Assembly (NCBI GenBank): GCA_021796335.1
Contig: JAJYHZ010000001.1
Span: forward strand, 331,870-395,869
Length of the DNA: 64,000 nucleotides
DNA from: a bacterium
GTDB lineage: Bacteria; Patescibacteriota; Minisyncoccia; UBA6257; UBA9933
Reading direction: 5' to 3'
In this document: positions 49,417-57,623 of the stretch, one piece after another
Layout: every line of letters starts with the position of its first letter
How positions within the stretch are numbered: the first letter of the stretch is position 1
Made by a program: the position numbers and the translations under genes
Notes under the pieces: model-generated
What the model was told of the DNA's origin: nothing
The model's input: the letters and a program-made list of their open reading frames with translations, nothing else
Database searches by the model: none

Positions 49417-50184
49417 TTACCAAATTGCTTGATTCCAATTTCCTGCCAAGGTTGTTTGTGCCAAGTTCTTAATTTTTTGTTTCTCGGCAAGCGTTAATTC
49501 ACCCGACACTTCATTACTTTGGTTTGAGGGGTCATTGATAACTTTATTTTCAAAATCATTGACTAAATAGTTCATTATTTTTACAAAATTATTCGCTGGG
49601 CTTGAGCCGATCAACCCAGTGCCTTTCAGAGCTTCAATAACTGAGAGTTCAAGATAGAAGGAAGGGAAATCTAAATTGTGTAATTTTCTCCAAATTTTTA
49701 TAGCCTTAATATCAGATACTCTACCAGAATTTTTTACAAGATTGATATGCGCATCAATGTTGGTTTTTGTCCAAGTTTTTGCTTTTCTTTTCCAAATGGA
49801 GTGGTCGAGTCCGAGAATATGATGTTTTACACCTGCAACAACATCAATTTTTAATCCGGTATGATCAATTCCAACAGATACATTTTGTTCTCGCGCTGTA
49901 TATCCAGCCCCATTAAACCTATTTCGTAGAGTGTTATAAACATTCTCAAGTGTATTGCAAGTGCTTACTGATTGGTCAAGTGAAATAAATATATCAATAT
50001 CTGTCGTACCTGTGATAGCTGTTCCTTTAGCAATCGATCCAGAAAGTTTTAGGATATATGAATGCCCATTTGCCCACGCGTGAATGTGCGGTTTTAATTC
50101 GTCAATTTTATTCTGAACAACATATGTAATGTTCGGAGTGTGTTGGGCAACAATTTGTGTTATGTATTGGTCGTTCTCGTTCAT
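49417..50184 (-). CDS. cGAS/DncV-like (SMODS/CD-NTase-like) Pol-beta nucleotidyltransferase
   Basis: GS(49-50)...TDIDIF (D62, D64) and a third acidic strand KIDVV (D114), plus the C-terminal helix AIKIWRKLHNLDFPSFYLELSVIEAL typical of cGAS/DncV-like enzymes; 255 aa. Confidence 0.6.
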   Translation of the reverse strand: MNENDQYITQIVAQHTPNITYVVQNKIDELKPHIHAWANGHSYILKLSGSIAKGTAITGTTDIDIFISLDQSVSTCNTLENVYNTLRNRFNGAGYTAREQNVSVGIDHTGLKIDVVAGVKHHILGLDHSIWKRKAKTWTKTNIDAHINLVKNSGRVSDIKAIKIWRKLHNLDFPSFYLELSVIEALKGTGLIGSSPANNFVKIMNYLVNDFENKVINDPSNQSNEVSGELTLAEKQKIKNLAQTTLAGNWNQAIW

Positions 50185-50187
50185 AAA

Positions 50188-50694
50188 TTATTTTTCGTAA
50201 CTAGTCGTAATCATTGCCGTTACAATGTCATTAAGAAGTCTCCCACGGAAGTTTGTGACAGCAGTATGTCTTTTGCCATCAAGATTTTTCATTTGCTCAT
50301 CGGGAATTCTGCCTTTTTCATATGGGGCGTACACAATCAGCGCGCATGTATCTGGCTTTTTTTCAAGAATTTGAGCAATATCACTTGCCCAGTCATGCCA
50401 GAATACAAGATAGACGGATGCTTCTTCTGCTTTCCCTATATCTTTCGCGTCTGTAATTTCAAAAATATTTTTTGTTCGAAAAAGTTTGGAGTCATTGAGC
50501 AGACTTCGCAGACTACTTACATTGTCTCCTTTGGCAAAAACTGCAATTTTTCTTTTCGCAAGCCCATTTCCAAGACGATAAAGAGCAGGAAATACTCCTC
50601 TAGTCCACAGGATAAATCCCCATATAATTCCTACCACCAAAACGATAGTTTCGATTACGCCTATAAAAGCAAGTATTTCTAACATTTTTGACAT
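50188..50694 (-). CDS. Small TM protein (N-terminal ~27-aa hydrophobic segment + ~125-aa soluble domain) encoded 3 bp upstream of the NTase; candidate effector/sensor
   Basis: 168-aa ORF, translationally coupled spacing; no recognised domain by eye. Confidence 0.4.
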   Translation of the reverse strand: MSKMLEILAFIGVIETIVLVVGIIWGFILWTRGVFPALYRLGNGLAKRKIAVFAKGDNVSSLRSLLNDSKLFRTKNIFEITDAKDIGKAEEASVYLVFWHDWASDIAQILEKKPDTCALIVYAPYEKGRIPDEQMKNLDGKRHTAVTNFRGRLLNDIVTAMITTSYEK

Positions 50695-50720
50695 AAATTT
50701 TTTGTGGATAACCCGTACTT

Positions 50721-50740
50721 GTTTAGGTTATGTTTAGGTA
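50721..50740. promoter_or_regulatory. Tandem direct repeat GTTTAGGT-TAT-GTTTAGGT in the 59-bp divergent promoter region between the TM/NTase operon and the LexA-like gene; candidate operator
   Basis: Exact 8-bp direct repeats; a TATACT -10-like hexamer lies 7 nt before the LexA ATG. Confidence 0.3.
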
Positions 50741-50753
50741 GTATACTCTAACT

Positions 50754-51380
50754 ATGGAAAAGAAGTCAAGCATGGGAACAGGCAAACCATCAAAGCGACA
50801 AGCGGAGATACTGCAGTTTGCCAGAGAATATCGTAGGGAAAATGGCTACTCGCCGGCATTGACCGAAATTGCGAAGCATTTTGGTATATCTATTCCAACA
50901 GTTCACGAGCACATTTCACATTTGCGAGAGAAGAACCTGCTTACAGCTGAAAGAGGTAAAAAACGATCTATTCAAGCACTTCGCGATCACAAGTCGCCGG
51001 TCGTAGAAATACCACTCATGGGATTTATTGCAGCGGGTGGTCCGATTGAGGCAATTAGAGAACCGGAGCCGATAGAAGTTCCGCGGAGTATGCTCTCTTC
51101 CGGTGCAAATTTTTACGCACTCAAGGTTACGGGACGAAGCATGATTGAAGAGGGCATTTCTGACGGCGACATTGTGATTGTACGCGAACAGCAAAGTGTT
51201 GATGACGGAGAAAAAGCCGTTGCGTATATGCCGGACAGAAATGAAGTTACGCTTAAAAAAATTTATAGAGAGAAGGATCGCGTTAAACTTGTGCCCGCCA
51301 ACAAATACATGAAGCCTTTTTACGAAACGAATGTGGAAATACAAGGAAAGGTCGTGGGGGTTCTTAGGAAAGAATTTTAA
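50754..51380 (+). CDS. LexA-like repressor (N-terminal wHTH + C-terminal S24 peptidase, Ser/Lys dyad)
   Basis: N-terminal KRQAEILQFAREYRRENGYSPALTEIAKHFGISIPTVHEHISHLREKNLL; C-terminal GRSMIEEGISDGDIVIV...VTLKKI. Confidence 0.8.
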   Translation: MEKKSSMGTGKPSKRQAEILQFAREYRRENGYSPALTEIAKHFGISIPTVHEHISHLREKNLLTAERGKKRSIQALRDHKSPVVEIPLMGFIAAGGPIEAIREPEPIEVPRSMLSSGANFYALKVTGRSMIEEGISDGDIVIVREQQSVDDGEKAVAYMPDRNEVTLKKIYREKDRVKLVPANKYMKPFYETNVEIQGKVVGVLRKEF

Positions 51381-51383
51381 TAA

Positions 51384-52973
51384 ATGATAAAAAATTTTAT
51401 GTCTTTAGTATCTATACCAGAAGCATCAAAATGGGCTACCGATTATCTTGAAAAAGAGGTATCCCCGACAAATATTTCTTACCTTGTGCAATATGGCAAG
51501 GTAAAAAAGCATGGCGAGAACGGCTCCACCTTAGTTGATCTTGGTGATCTTAAAAAATACTACGAATCTTACAATGGAAAACGCGAGATAAGTTGGAAAA
51601 AAAACCTCGGTAGTGATTTAAACTGGACACTTTCATTTGATAACTTACGAGAGAAAGATACAACCAAGCATGTACATAGGCTCCATCCATACAAAGGTAA
51701 ATACATCCCCCAGCTCGTTGAGTATTTTATAGATACACACACGGACGATTTCAAAAAGGAGGCATATTTTAAATCTGGCGATATTATTCTTGATCCATTT
51801 TTGGGTTCAGGAACAACACTTATTCAAGCACTGGAAATGGGTATCCATTCCGTTGGGATAGATGTTTCGGAATTTAATTGCATGATTGCCAGTTGTAAAG
51901 CGACACACTACAACAATGAGTATTTGCAAAAAGCGATCAAAAAAATGCTCTCTGCGCTAGACACATTTGAGCATGATAATAAAATCCAAGAATTTGAAAC
52001 TGAGCTTTTGGCTGAGCTTGCTAAGTTTAATAATGTCCATTTCCCTGGTTACGATTTTAAGTACAAACTAAATCAGGGAAATTTTAACGAAAAGAAATTT
52101 TCTACCGAGAAAGAGCGCGAGTTTTTGCCTGTATACCAAAAATTGCTCAAAAAGCACGCAATCAAACTAAAACAAGATAAATCAGACTCTTTCCTCGATA
52201 TCTGGTTTATGGACAATGTTCGCCGAGAGATAGATCATGTCTTTCAGACGATCAAACAAGAAAAAGATGTTAAGACCCGCAAAATCCTTGCGCTTATTTT
52301 GAGTCGAACAATCAGGTCATGTCGAGCAACAACGCATAGCGATTTGGCAACGCTCAAGGAGCCACAGCTTACGACATACTACTGCTATAAACACAAGAAA
52401 ATATGCAAACCACTTTTCTCGATTAAGACAATGCTCAATCGCTATGCGTTTGATACATTGAGTCGAATCCGTGAATTTAACACCTTACGCAAGCCGGTTC
52501 ACTACTCCGCAATAACTGGTGACTCTCGAACTGTAGATATTTTTGAGAAAGTAGAAAAACAGAATCCAGAATTTTCTAAAATTCTTAAGAAACAAAAAAT
52601 AGCAGGTATTTTTTGTTCACCTCCTTATGTTGGACAAATTGACTATCACGAACAGCACGCCTACGCTTATGACTTACTTGGATTTAAACGAAAAGATGAT
52701 TTGGAAATAGGCCCATTGTATAAAGGGCAAGGACAAGAAGCTCGTCGATCGTACGCGCAAGGAATTGCCGATGTGTTAAATAATTGTAAACAGTATCTCA
52801 AAGCAGATTTTGATATTTTCCTTGTAGCAAATGACAAATATAATCTTTATCCAAAAATTGCAGAAAAGTCAGGTATGAAGATTGTAAATCAATTCAAGCG
52901 CCCAGTGTTAAATCGTACGGAACGCGATCGTAATCCTTACTCAGAAATAATTTTCCACTTTAAATCAAAATAA
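51384..52973 (+). CDS. DNA methyltransferase, alpha-class amino-MTase (motif I DPFLGSGTT N-terminal, motif IV SPPY C-terminal), N4C/N6A-type
   Basis: FxGxG AdoMet motif ILDPFLGSGTTLIQA and catalytic IFCSPPY ~280 aa later. Confidence 0.75.
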   Translation: MIKNFMSLVSIPEASKWATDYLEKEVSPTNISYLVQYGKVKKHGENGSTLVDLGDLKKYYESYNGKREISWKKNLGSDLNWTLSFDNLREKDTTKHVHRLHPYKGKYIPQLVEYFIDTHTDDFKKEAYFKSGDIILDPFLGSGTTLIQALEMGIHSVGIDVSEFNCMIASCKATHYNNEYLQKAIKKMLSALDTFEHDNKIQEFETELLAELAKFNNVHFPGYDFKYKLNQGNFNEKKFSTEKEREFLPVYQKLLKKHAIKLKQDKSDSFLDIWFMDNVRREIDHVFQTIKQEKDVKTRKILALILSRTIRSCRATTHSDLATLKEPQLTTYYCYKHKKICKPLFSIKTMLNRYAFDTLSRIREFNTLRKPVHYSAITGDSRTVDIFEKVEKQNPEFSKILKKQKIAGIFCSPPYVGQIDYHEQHAYAYDLLGFKRKDDLEIGPLYKGQGQEARRSYAQGIADVLNNCKQYLKADFDIFLVANDKYNLYPKIAEKSGMKIVNQFKRPVLNRTERDRNPYSEIIFHFKSK

Positions 52974-52976
52974 TTT

Positions 52977-53759
52977 ATGGCTTTATCTAAAGAACAAGTA
53001 AATAGTGTTGAAGAAGTTTTGAAAGCAAGTTTGCGTAATAAGTTTCAAAACTATAAACCCGAACCGGCATCAATGCCTTTTCATACACGACTACTCGGCA
53101 AGGATAGACTTGCTTTATATTCTTTCATTCATTCCCTCAACACAAACTTCGGCACAAGTATTTTTGAGCCGGTCGGTCTTGCTCTGGCTCAGAAAAACTT
53201 CAAAATGGCCGTTTCGCAAGCTACAGCTGGAAATCAGATCAGTTCCGCCGCCCAAGCAGAAATTCAGAAGATTATTGATGGTCTTACAACGGCAACGAGT
53301 ACCCCTAATAAAAAAGCTGAAATTGAAAGAATAAGAAAAGTTTGTCAGACAGGAGAGATGATTAAAGTAAAACCAACAAAGGTTGATTTAATGTTTGAGT
53401 CAAAAGACGGTGCATTTTATTTGTTTGATATTAAGACTGCAAAACCAAATGCCGGCGGATTCAAAGAGTTTAAACGCACCCTGCTTGAGTGGGTTGCTGT
53501 TGTTTTGGCAAATAAACCAGATGCGAATATAAATACTTTTATTGCAATTCCTTACAATCCTTACGAGCCAGAACCCTATACTCGATGGACAATGCGAGGA
53601 ATGCTTGATCTTGAAAATGAGCTTAAAGTAGCAGACGAATTTTGGGACTTTCTCGGAGGCAAGAATACTTACAAGGACTTACTCGATTGTTTCGAGCGTG
53701 TAGGTATTGAGTTGAGAGATGAAATTGATGACTACTTTAAGCGCTTCAACAAGAAATAA
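52977..53759 (+). CDS. Type II restriction endonuclease-like, PD-(D/E)XK (TdeIII-like)
   Basis: 4 bp after the MTase; PD...D-I-K (VDLMFESKDGAFYLFDIKTAKPN); size/pattern of small Type IIP REases. Confidence 0.55.
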   Translation: MALSKEQVNSVEEVLKASLRNKFQNYKPEPASMPFHTRLLGKDRLALYSFIHSLNTNFGTSIFEPVGLALAQKNFKMAVSQATAGNQISSAAQAEIQKIIDGLTTATSTPNKKAEIERIRKVCQTGEMIKVKPTKVDLMFESKDGAFYLFDIKTAKPNAGGFKEFKRTLLEWVAVVLANKPDANINTFIAIPYNPYEPEPYTRWTMRGMLDLENELKVADEFWDFLGGKNTYKDLLDCFERVGIELRDEIDDYFKRFNKK

Positions 53760-53970
53760 GTGGCGGCGACAAAACCAAAAATTTCCTTCCTTTCAAATTT
53801 TCCGCTTCGCGGCGGGGGGTGTGGGGGGAGCCGCAAATAAAAATGATGGGAAATTTTTGGGTTTTGCCCCGCGCGAGCTTGTCGAGCGCGGCCGAGGCGC
53901 AAGTGTCATTCGTCAAAATCCTGCGGATTTTGTCCGAAATACATTCGAACTTCGTCCAATACACACCGCA
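53758..53970 (+). repeat. Inverted repeat X-B (213 bp; partner of X-A), starting at the REase stop codon
   Basis: See X-A. Confidence 0.8.
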
Positions 53971-54085
53971 AAAATTGAAAATCGGAATTGGAAGCCGAAA
54001 TGGGGTCGCGCCGCAGGCGCGACACAAACGCATTCCCGCCAAAAATTCCCGAATCCAAAAGGTTTTTCCACGCTCCGCGTGGCTC
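53966..54085 (+). repeat. Inverted repeat Y-B (120 bp; identical reverse-complement partner Y-C at 55487-55606), immediately upstream of recombinase 1
   Basis: Base-by-base comparison. Confidence 0.8.
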
Positions 54086-54106
54086 CTCGTTTGCCAATAC
54101 AATTCT

Positions 54107-55699
54107 ATGAATAATCAAACCAAAAAGTTTTTCATATATACTCGCAAGTCTACGGACGACAAAGACAGACAGGTTCGTAGTATTTCCGACCAACTTTCGG
54201 AATTGAAAGAGTTAGCAAGGAAAGAAGATTTAGATATTGTTGATGTCTTTGTCGAAAAGCAGACCGCCAAAATACCAGGCCGTCCGGTGTTTGGTGAAAT
54301 GTTGGAGCGAATGGAAAAAGGTGAAGCAACTGGTATTTTGGCGTGGCATCCCGATAGACTTGCTCGCAACTCGGTAGATGGAGGAAAAATCATCTACCTC
54401 ATTGATACTGGTGTAATTTCTGAAATGAAATTCCCAACTTTTTGGTTTGATCCGACACCGCAAGGCAAATTCATGCTTTCAATCGCTTTTTCGCAATCCA
54501 AATATTATGTGGACAATTTGTCGGAGAATATTAAGCGTGGTCATCGTAACAAAGTGAAGGACGGAATATGGCCTCAAATGTCGCCGCTTGGCTATGTGAA
54601 CAAAAACAAGCGCATTGTGCCCAACCCCGAAATTGCTCCACTTATTAAAAAGACATTTGAGGCATATGCAACAGGTTCTTTCACTTTGCGCGAACTCCGC
54701 GACAAATTTAACGCACTTGGATTGAAGCGAAAAAGCGGAAAGGAACTTGCGGTGTCGAATTATCAAAAACTTCTCAAAAATCCTATTTACACTGGCTTAA
54801 TGCGGTATAACGGAGAGATTTTTGAGGGTAAGCACGAACCGATTATTTCAAAGAAACTTTTTGATTCTGTTCAGGAAGTGATGATGAGAAAATCTAAGCC
54901 GAAATCTCGCGGACTGAAACCATATTTGTATCGCGGATTTTTCCGTTGCGGAGAATGTGGTTGCTTCATCACCACCGAAACGCAGAAAGGTCATAACTAT
55001 TTACGATGTACGAAACGGAAAAATCTTTGCTCACAAAGATACACGCGAGAAGAAATCATCACTTCCGAAATTCAAAAGGAAATCAAAAAAGTTTCTTTGC
55101 CACTCGATTGGGCTAAATGGATGTTGGCGGAAAACGAAAAGGACAAATCAGTAGAAGCCCAATCGTCTACGCTTTTTGCCGACAAAACAAAAGCCGATAT
55201 TTCTCTTTTGGATTCTAAAATAGAGAAGCTGATGAACGCTTATTTAGAGAGCGCACTTTCACTAGAGGAATATCGGGACGCTAAAAGTGTGTTGGTCAGT
55301 CAAAAACAGCTTCTCAAAGAGAAATTATCGGCTTTTGAGCAAAAAGCGAATAATCGGTTCGAACTTACCGAAAAGTTTTTGAAATACAATATAGAATTGG
55401 CAAACGAGGGAACAAATGAAGAAAAACTTCATTTGTTCAAAAAAGTCGGTTCGAACTTTCAGATTAAGGATCGAACCGTCTTTTTTGAGCCACGCGGAGC
55501 GTGGAAAAACCTTTTGGATTCGGGAATTTTTGGCGGGAATGCGTTTGTGTCGCGCCTGCGGCGCGACCCCATTTCGGCTTCCAATTCCGATTTTCAATTT
55601 TTGCGGAGAGTGGTAGACGACGTTCGCACCTATTGGCAAACAACGCCTAACCGCGTATTTATCCCTAATCTTACACTAGAAACAGCAAAAATCAATTGA
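54107..55699 (+). CDS. Large serine recombinase 1 (resolvase/invertase N-terminal domain + recombinase domain + zinc ribbon + coiled coil)
   Basis: YTRKSTDDKDRQ (catalytic Ser region), ILAWHPDRLARN, C-x2-C...C zinc ribbon FRCGECGCFITT...YLRCTKRK. The ORF-track N-terminal extension (53819-54106) is read-through of repeat X/Y; the C-terminus overlaps Y-C. Confidence 0.8.
   Translation: MNNQTKKFFIYTRKSTDDKDRQVRSISDQLSELKELARKEDLDIVDVFVEKQTAKIPGRPVFGEMLERMEKGEATGILAWHPDRLARNSVDGGKIIYLIDTGVISEMKFPTFWFDPTPQGKFMLSIAFSQSKYYVDNLSENIKRGHRNKVKDGIWPQMSPLGYVNKNKRIVPNPEIAPLIKKTFEAYATGSFTLRELRDKFNALGLKRKSGKELAVSNYQKLLKNPIYTGLMRYNGEIFEGKHEPIISKKLFDSVQEVMMRKSKPKSRGLKPYLYRGFFRCGECGCFITTETQKGHNYLRCTKRKNLCSQRYTREEIITSEIQKEIKKVSLPLDWAKWMLAENEKDKSVEAQSSTLFADKTKADISLLDSKIEKLMNAYLESALSLEEYRDAKSVLVSQKQLLKEKLSAFEQKANNRFELTEKFLKYNIELANEGTNEEKLHLFKKVGSNFQIKDRTVFFEPRGAWKNLLDSGIFGGNAFVSRLRRDPISASNSDFQFLRRVVDDVRTYWQTTPNRVFIPNLTLETAKIN
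55487..55606 (-). repeat. Inverted repeat Y-C (120 bp) overlapping the recombinase 1 3' end
   Basis: See Y-B. Confidence 0.8.
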
Positions 55700-55964
55700 A
55701 GTTTTTGTTTTGTTTATTCTAAAAAGCCAGTGAAATAATAAAAAATCGGCGCGAGAGCGCGATTTTTTATTATTTGGCGGTTTAAAATTAATTTTGGCCT
55801 ATTGACAAGCTACGAAACGAAGAGTAAAGTACCGCTAACGGAGCGGAAAGAAAAGCACCGCAAAGTATCGCACCATAAGTAAAGTACCAATTGTTTGTTA
55901 AAAAGATTTATTATTGCTTAGATAAGTTAAATATATTCGGCGCCGCGAAATTTTCGCGGATTTT

Positions 55965-56984
55965 TTATTTACCATCTATTATCTTTTTTATAATATCAAT
56001 ATTAGTCAAATTTGGAGCTTCTTCTTTTGAGAGATATCCTGAAATACTAGGATCAAAAATTGACTGTGCAACTTGAATAATTAAAGCATCTTTTATTTGT
56101 GGATCATCGGTAGAATTTATAAAGGCTTTAAACGAAGCTAATGCGTTTGCTCTATGCTTGTTAATCACTGCTAAATGATTATGTGCATTCAAGTTCTTAA
56201 CACACTGAGCAATAAATAAAAATCCAGCAGATAAAATAAAAAGTTTTGTAATAGCTACACTTACGGATAAAGTAGTACCAACATTATTAAAGTAATGGTA
56301 GTAAATTACTATTAATATAACGGCGAGCACTATTTCTCCAACGATTGACCCAGCAAGACATTTCCACCAAAAGGTAGTTTTTTCTTGATGATATTGTGCT
56401 TGTTCTCCAAATATTTCGGAGTATTTAACTACAACATCTTTAGTGCTAAATTTTCTTGCTTCTTCAATAATTTCATTTATTTTGTTTTTTGTTTCCTCAC
56501 CTTGTGTTTTTGCTTCATTTAATATTTTTGCAACTTCCTCATTTGTATTTTTTGCTTCTTGATAGATTTTCTTAAAAGATTGATCAGTATTATTTAGCTC
56601 TTCTCTAATTTTATTAAAACTACCTTCTTGAATTAATATAAAGAAATAGTGGGAATTAAACGAATTGAAAAAATTTTGCCACTGGCTATTTATTTGAGAA
56701 ATTAAATTACGTCTTTGTCCAGCCGGATCTCCAGAATTAACATCAAAAGAGGAAATTTGATTTGAAAAATTCAAGAAATTCTGTAAAAAACTCTCCAACT
56801 CGCTCTCTCTTTGAGAAAAAATTTGCCTAAAAATGCTTAGATTTTTTATAAAGAAATTTAAAAATTCTAAAAATAATTTTAAAGTTGAATCAACCTCCTC
56901 AAAATTCAAAGGTCCTAAATCTTTTCTTTTTAACGATTCTGCGTCTATCGAATTTAATTTATTAACTAACTCATCATTTATCAT
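55965..56984 (-). CDS. Orphan hypothetical protein: N-terminal helical/coiled-coil region + C-terminal 2-TM module
   Basis: 339-aa very AT-rich ORF; TM pair WWKCLAGSIVGEIVLAVILIVIYY / LSVSVAITKLFILSAGFLFIA; sits between recombinase 1 and the R-M 2 operon. Confidence 0.45.
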   Translation of the reverse strand: MINDELVNKLNSIDAESLKRKDLGPLNFEEVDSTLKLFLEFLNFFIKNLSIFRQIFSQRESELESFLQNFLNFSNQISSFDVNSGDPAGQRRNLISQINSQWQNFFNSFNSHYFFILIQEGSFNKIREELNNTDQSFKKIYQEAKNTNEEVAKILNEAKTQGEETKNKINEIIEEARKFSTKDVVVKYSEIFGEQAQYHQEKTTFWWKCLAGSIVGEIVLAVILIVIYYHYFNNVGTTLSVSVAITKLFILSAGFLFIAQCVKNLNAHNHLAVINKHRANALASFKAFINSTDDPQIKDALIIQVAQSIFDPSISGYLSKEEAPNLTNIDIIKKIIDGK

Positions 56985-56999
56985 ATTTATTAAAAATTT

Positions 57000-57620
57000 C
57001 TATTTAGCAGTTTCAAAAATCTTTTTAACTAATTCTTTTCTCGCATAAAACGCCCGGCTTGTTGAGCCATGGCCGGCTCCTTTTGTCCTTGCTTGTATCC
57101 ACTTGCCGTCTCTGCCAGTTAAACTGCTGAATCCCTTTTTGATCAATTTATTTCTTATAAAATCGTAATCAGCTTTTATCTCTTTGATTAATTCGTCAGT
57201 TTCAACAAAATCCAAACTAACAACTTTTATTATTTTAGCCTCTTGAGAATTTTTGCCATTCCACATAACCGCGCAAAAAATCATTGACTTTAATTTCGCC
57301 CAACAGTGGCTTTCAAAAAATTCGTGTTTCTTTAATTCTTCCGGATTAATCATTGTTATCGCCATTGTTTCTTTTGGCACAAGTTCGTTTTTAACATAGC
57401 GAAACGCCACTGATTTTAATTCATATGAAAGTCCGTTCGGCGCTTTTGAAACATTTGTTTGAAGTCCGGCTAACCGTTCCAAAATTAAGCCCTTCCAGCC
57501 TTTATTTTGTTTGCCGGTTTCATAAGTTGTTATTTTGTATTGCAGGGCTAATTTTCTTAAATCTTTGCCAATATATTTTTTAAGATTTTTAATTGCGTTT
57601 GCTCTCGTAACGATTTTCAT
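57000..57620 (-). CDS. MutH/Sau3AI/DpnII-family restriction endonuclease (GATC-type)
   Basis: KGWKGLILERLAGL...GLSYELKSV matches the MutH/Sau3AI core. Confidence 0.7.
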   Translation of the reverse strand: MKIVTRANAIKNLKKYIGKDLRKLALQYKITTYETGKQNKGWKGLILERLAGLQTNVSKAPNGLSYELKSVAFRYVKNELVPKETMAITMINPEELKKHEFFESHCWAKLKSMIFCAVMWNGKNSQEAKIIKVVSLDFVETDELIKEIKADYDFIRNKLIKKGFSSLTGRDGKWIQARTKGAGHGSTSRAFYARKELVKKIFETAK

Positions 57621-57623
57621 ATT

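Noticed and set aside
49143-49490. 115-aa minus-strand ORF covering the GC-rich element
   Set aside because: Low-complexity P/A/E/G-rich translation; it starts inside and overlaps the NTase 3' end by 74 nt; best explained by GC richness. Kept as a non-coding element.
53819-54106. N-terminal 96-codon extension of the recombinase 1 ORF
   Set aside because: The extension is read-through of repeat X/Y lacking a stop. The conserved recombinase N-terminus (YTRKSTDD) starts just after the ATG at 54107, matching recombinase 2.
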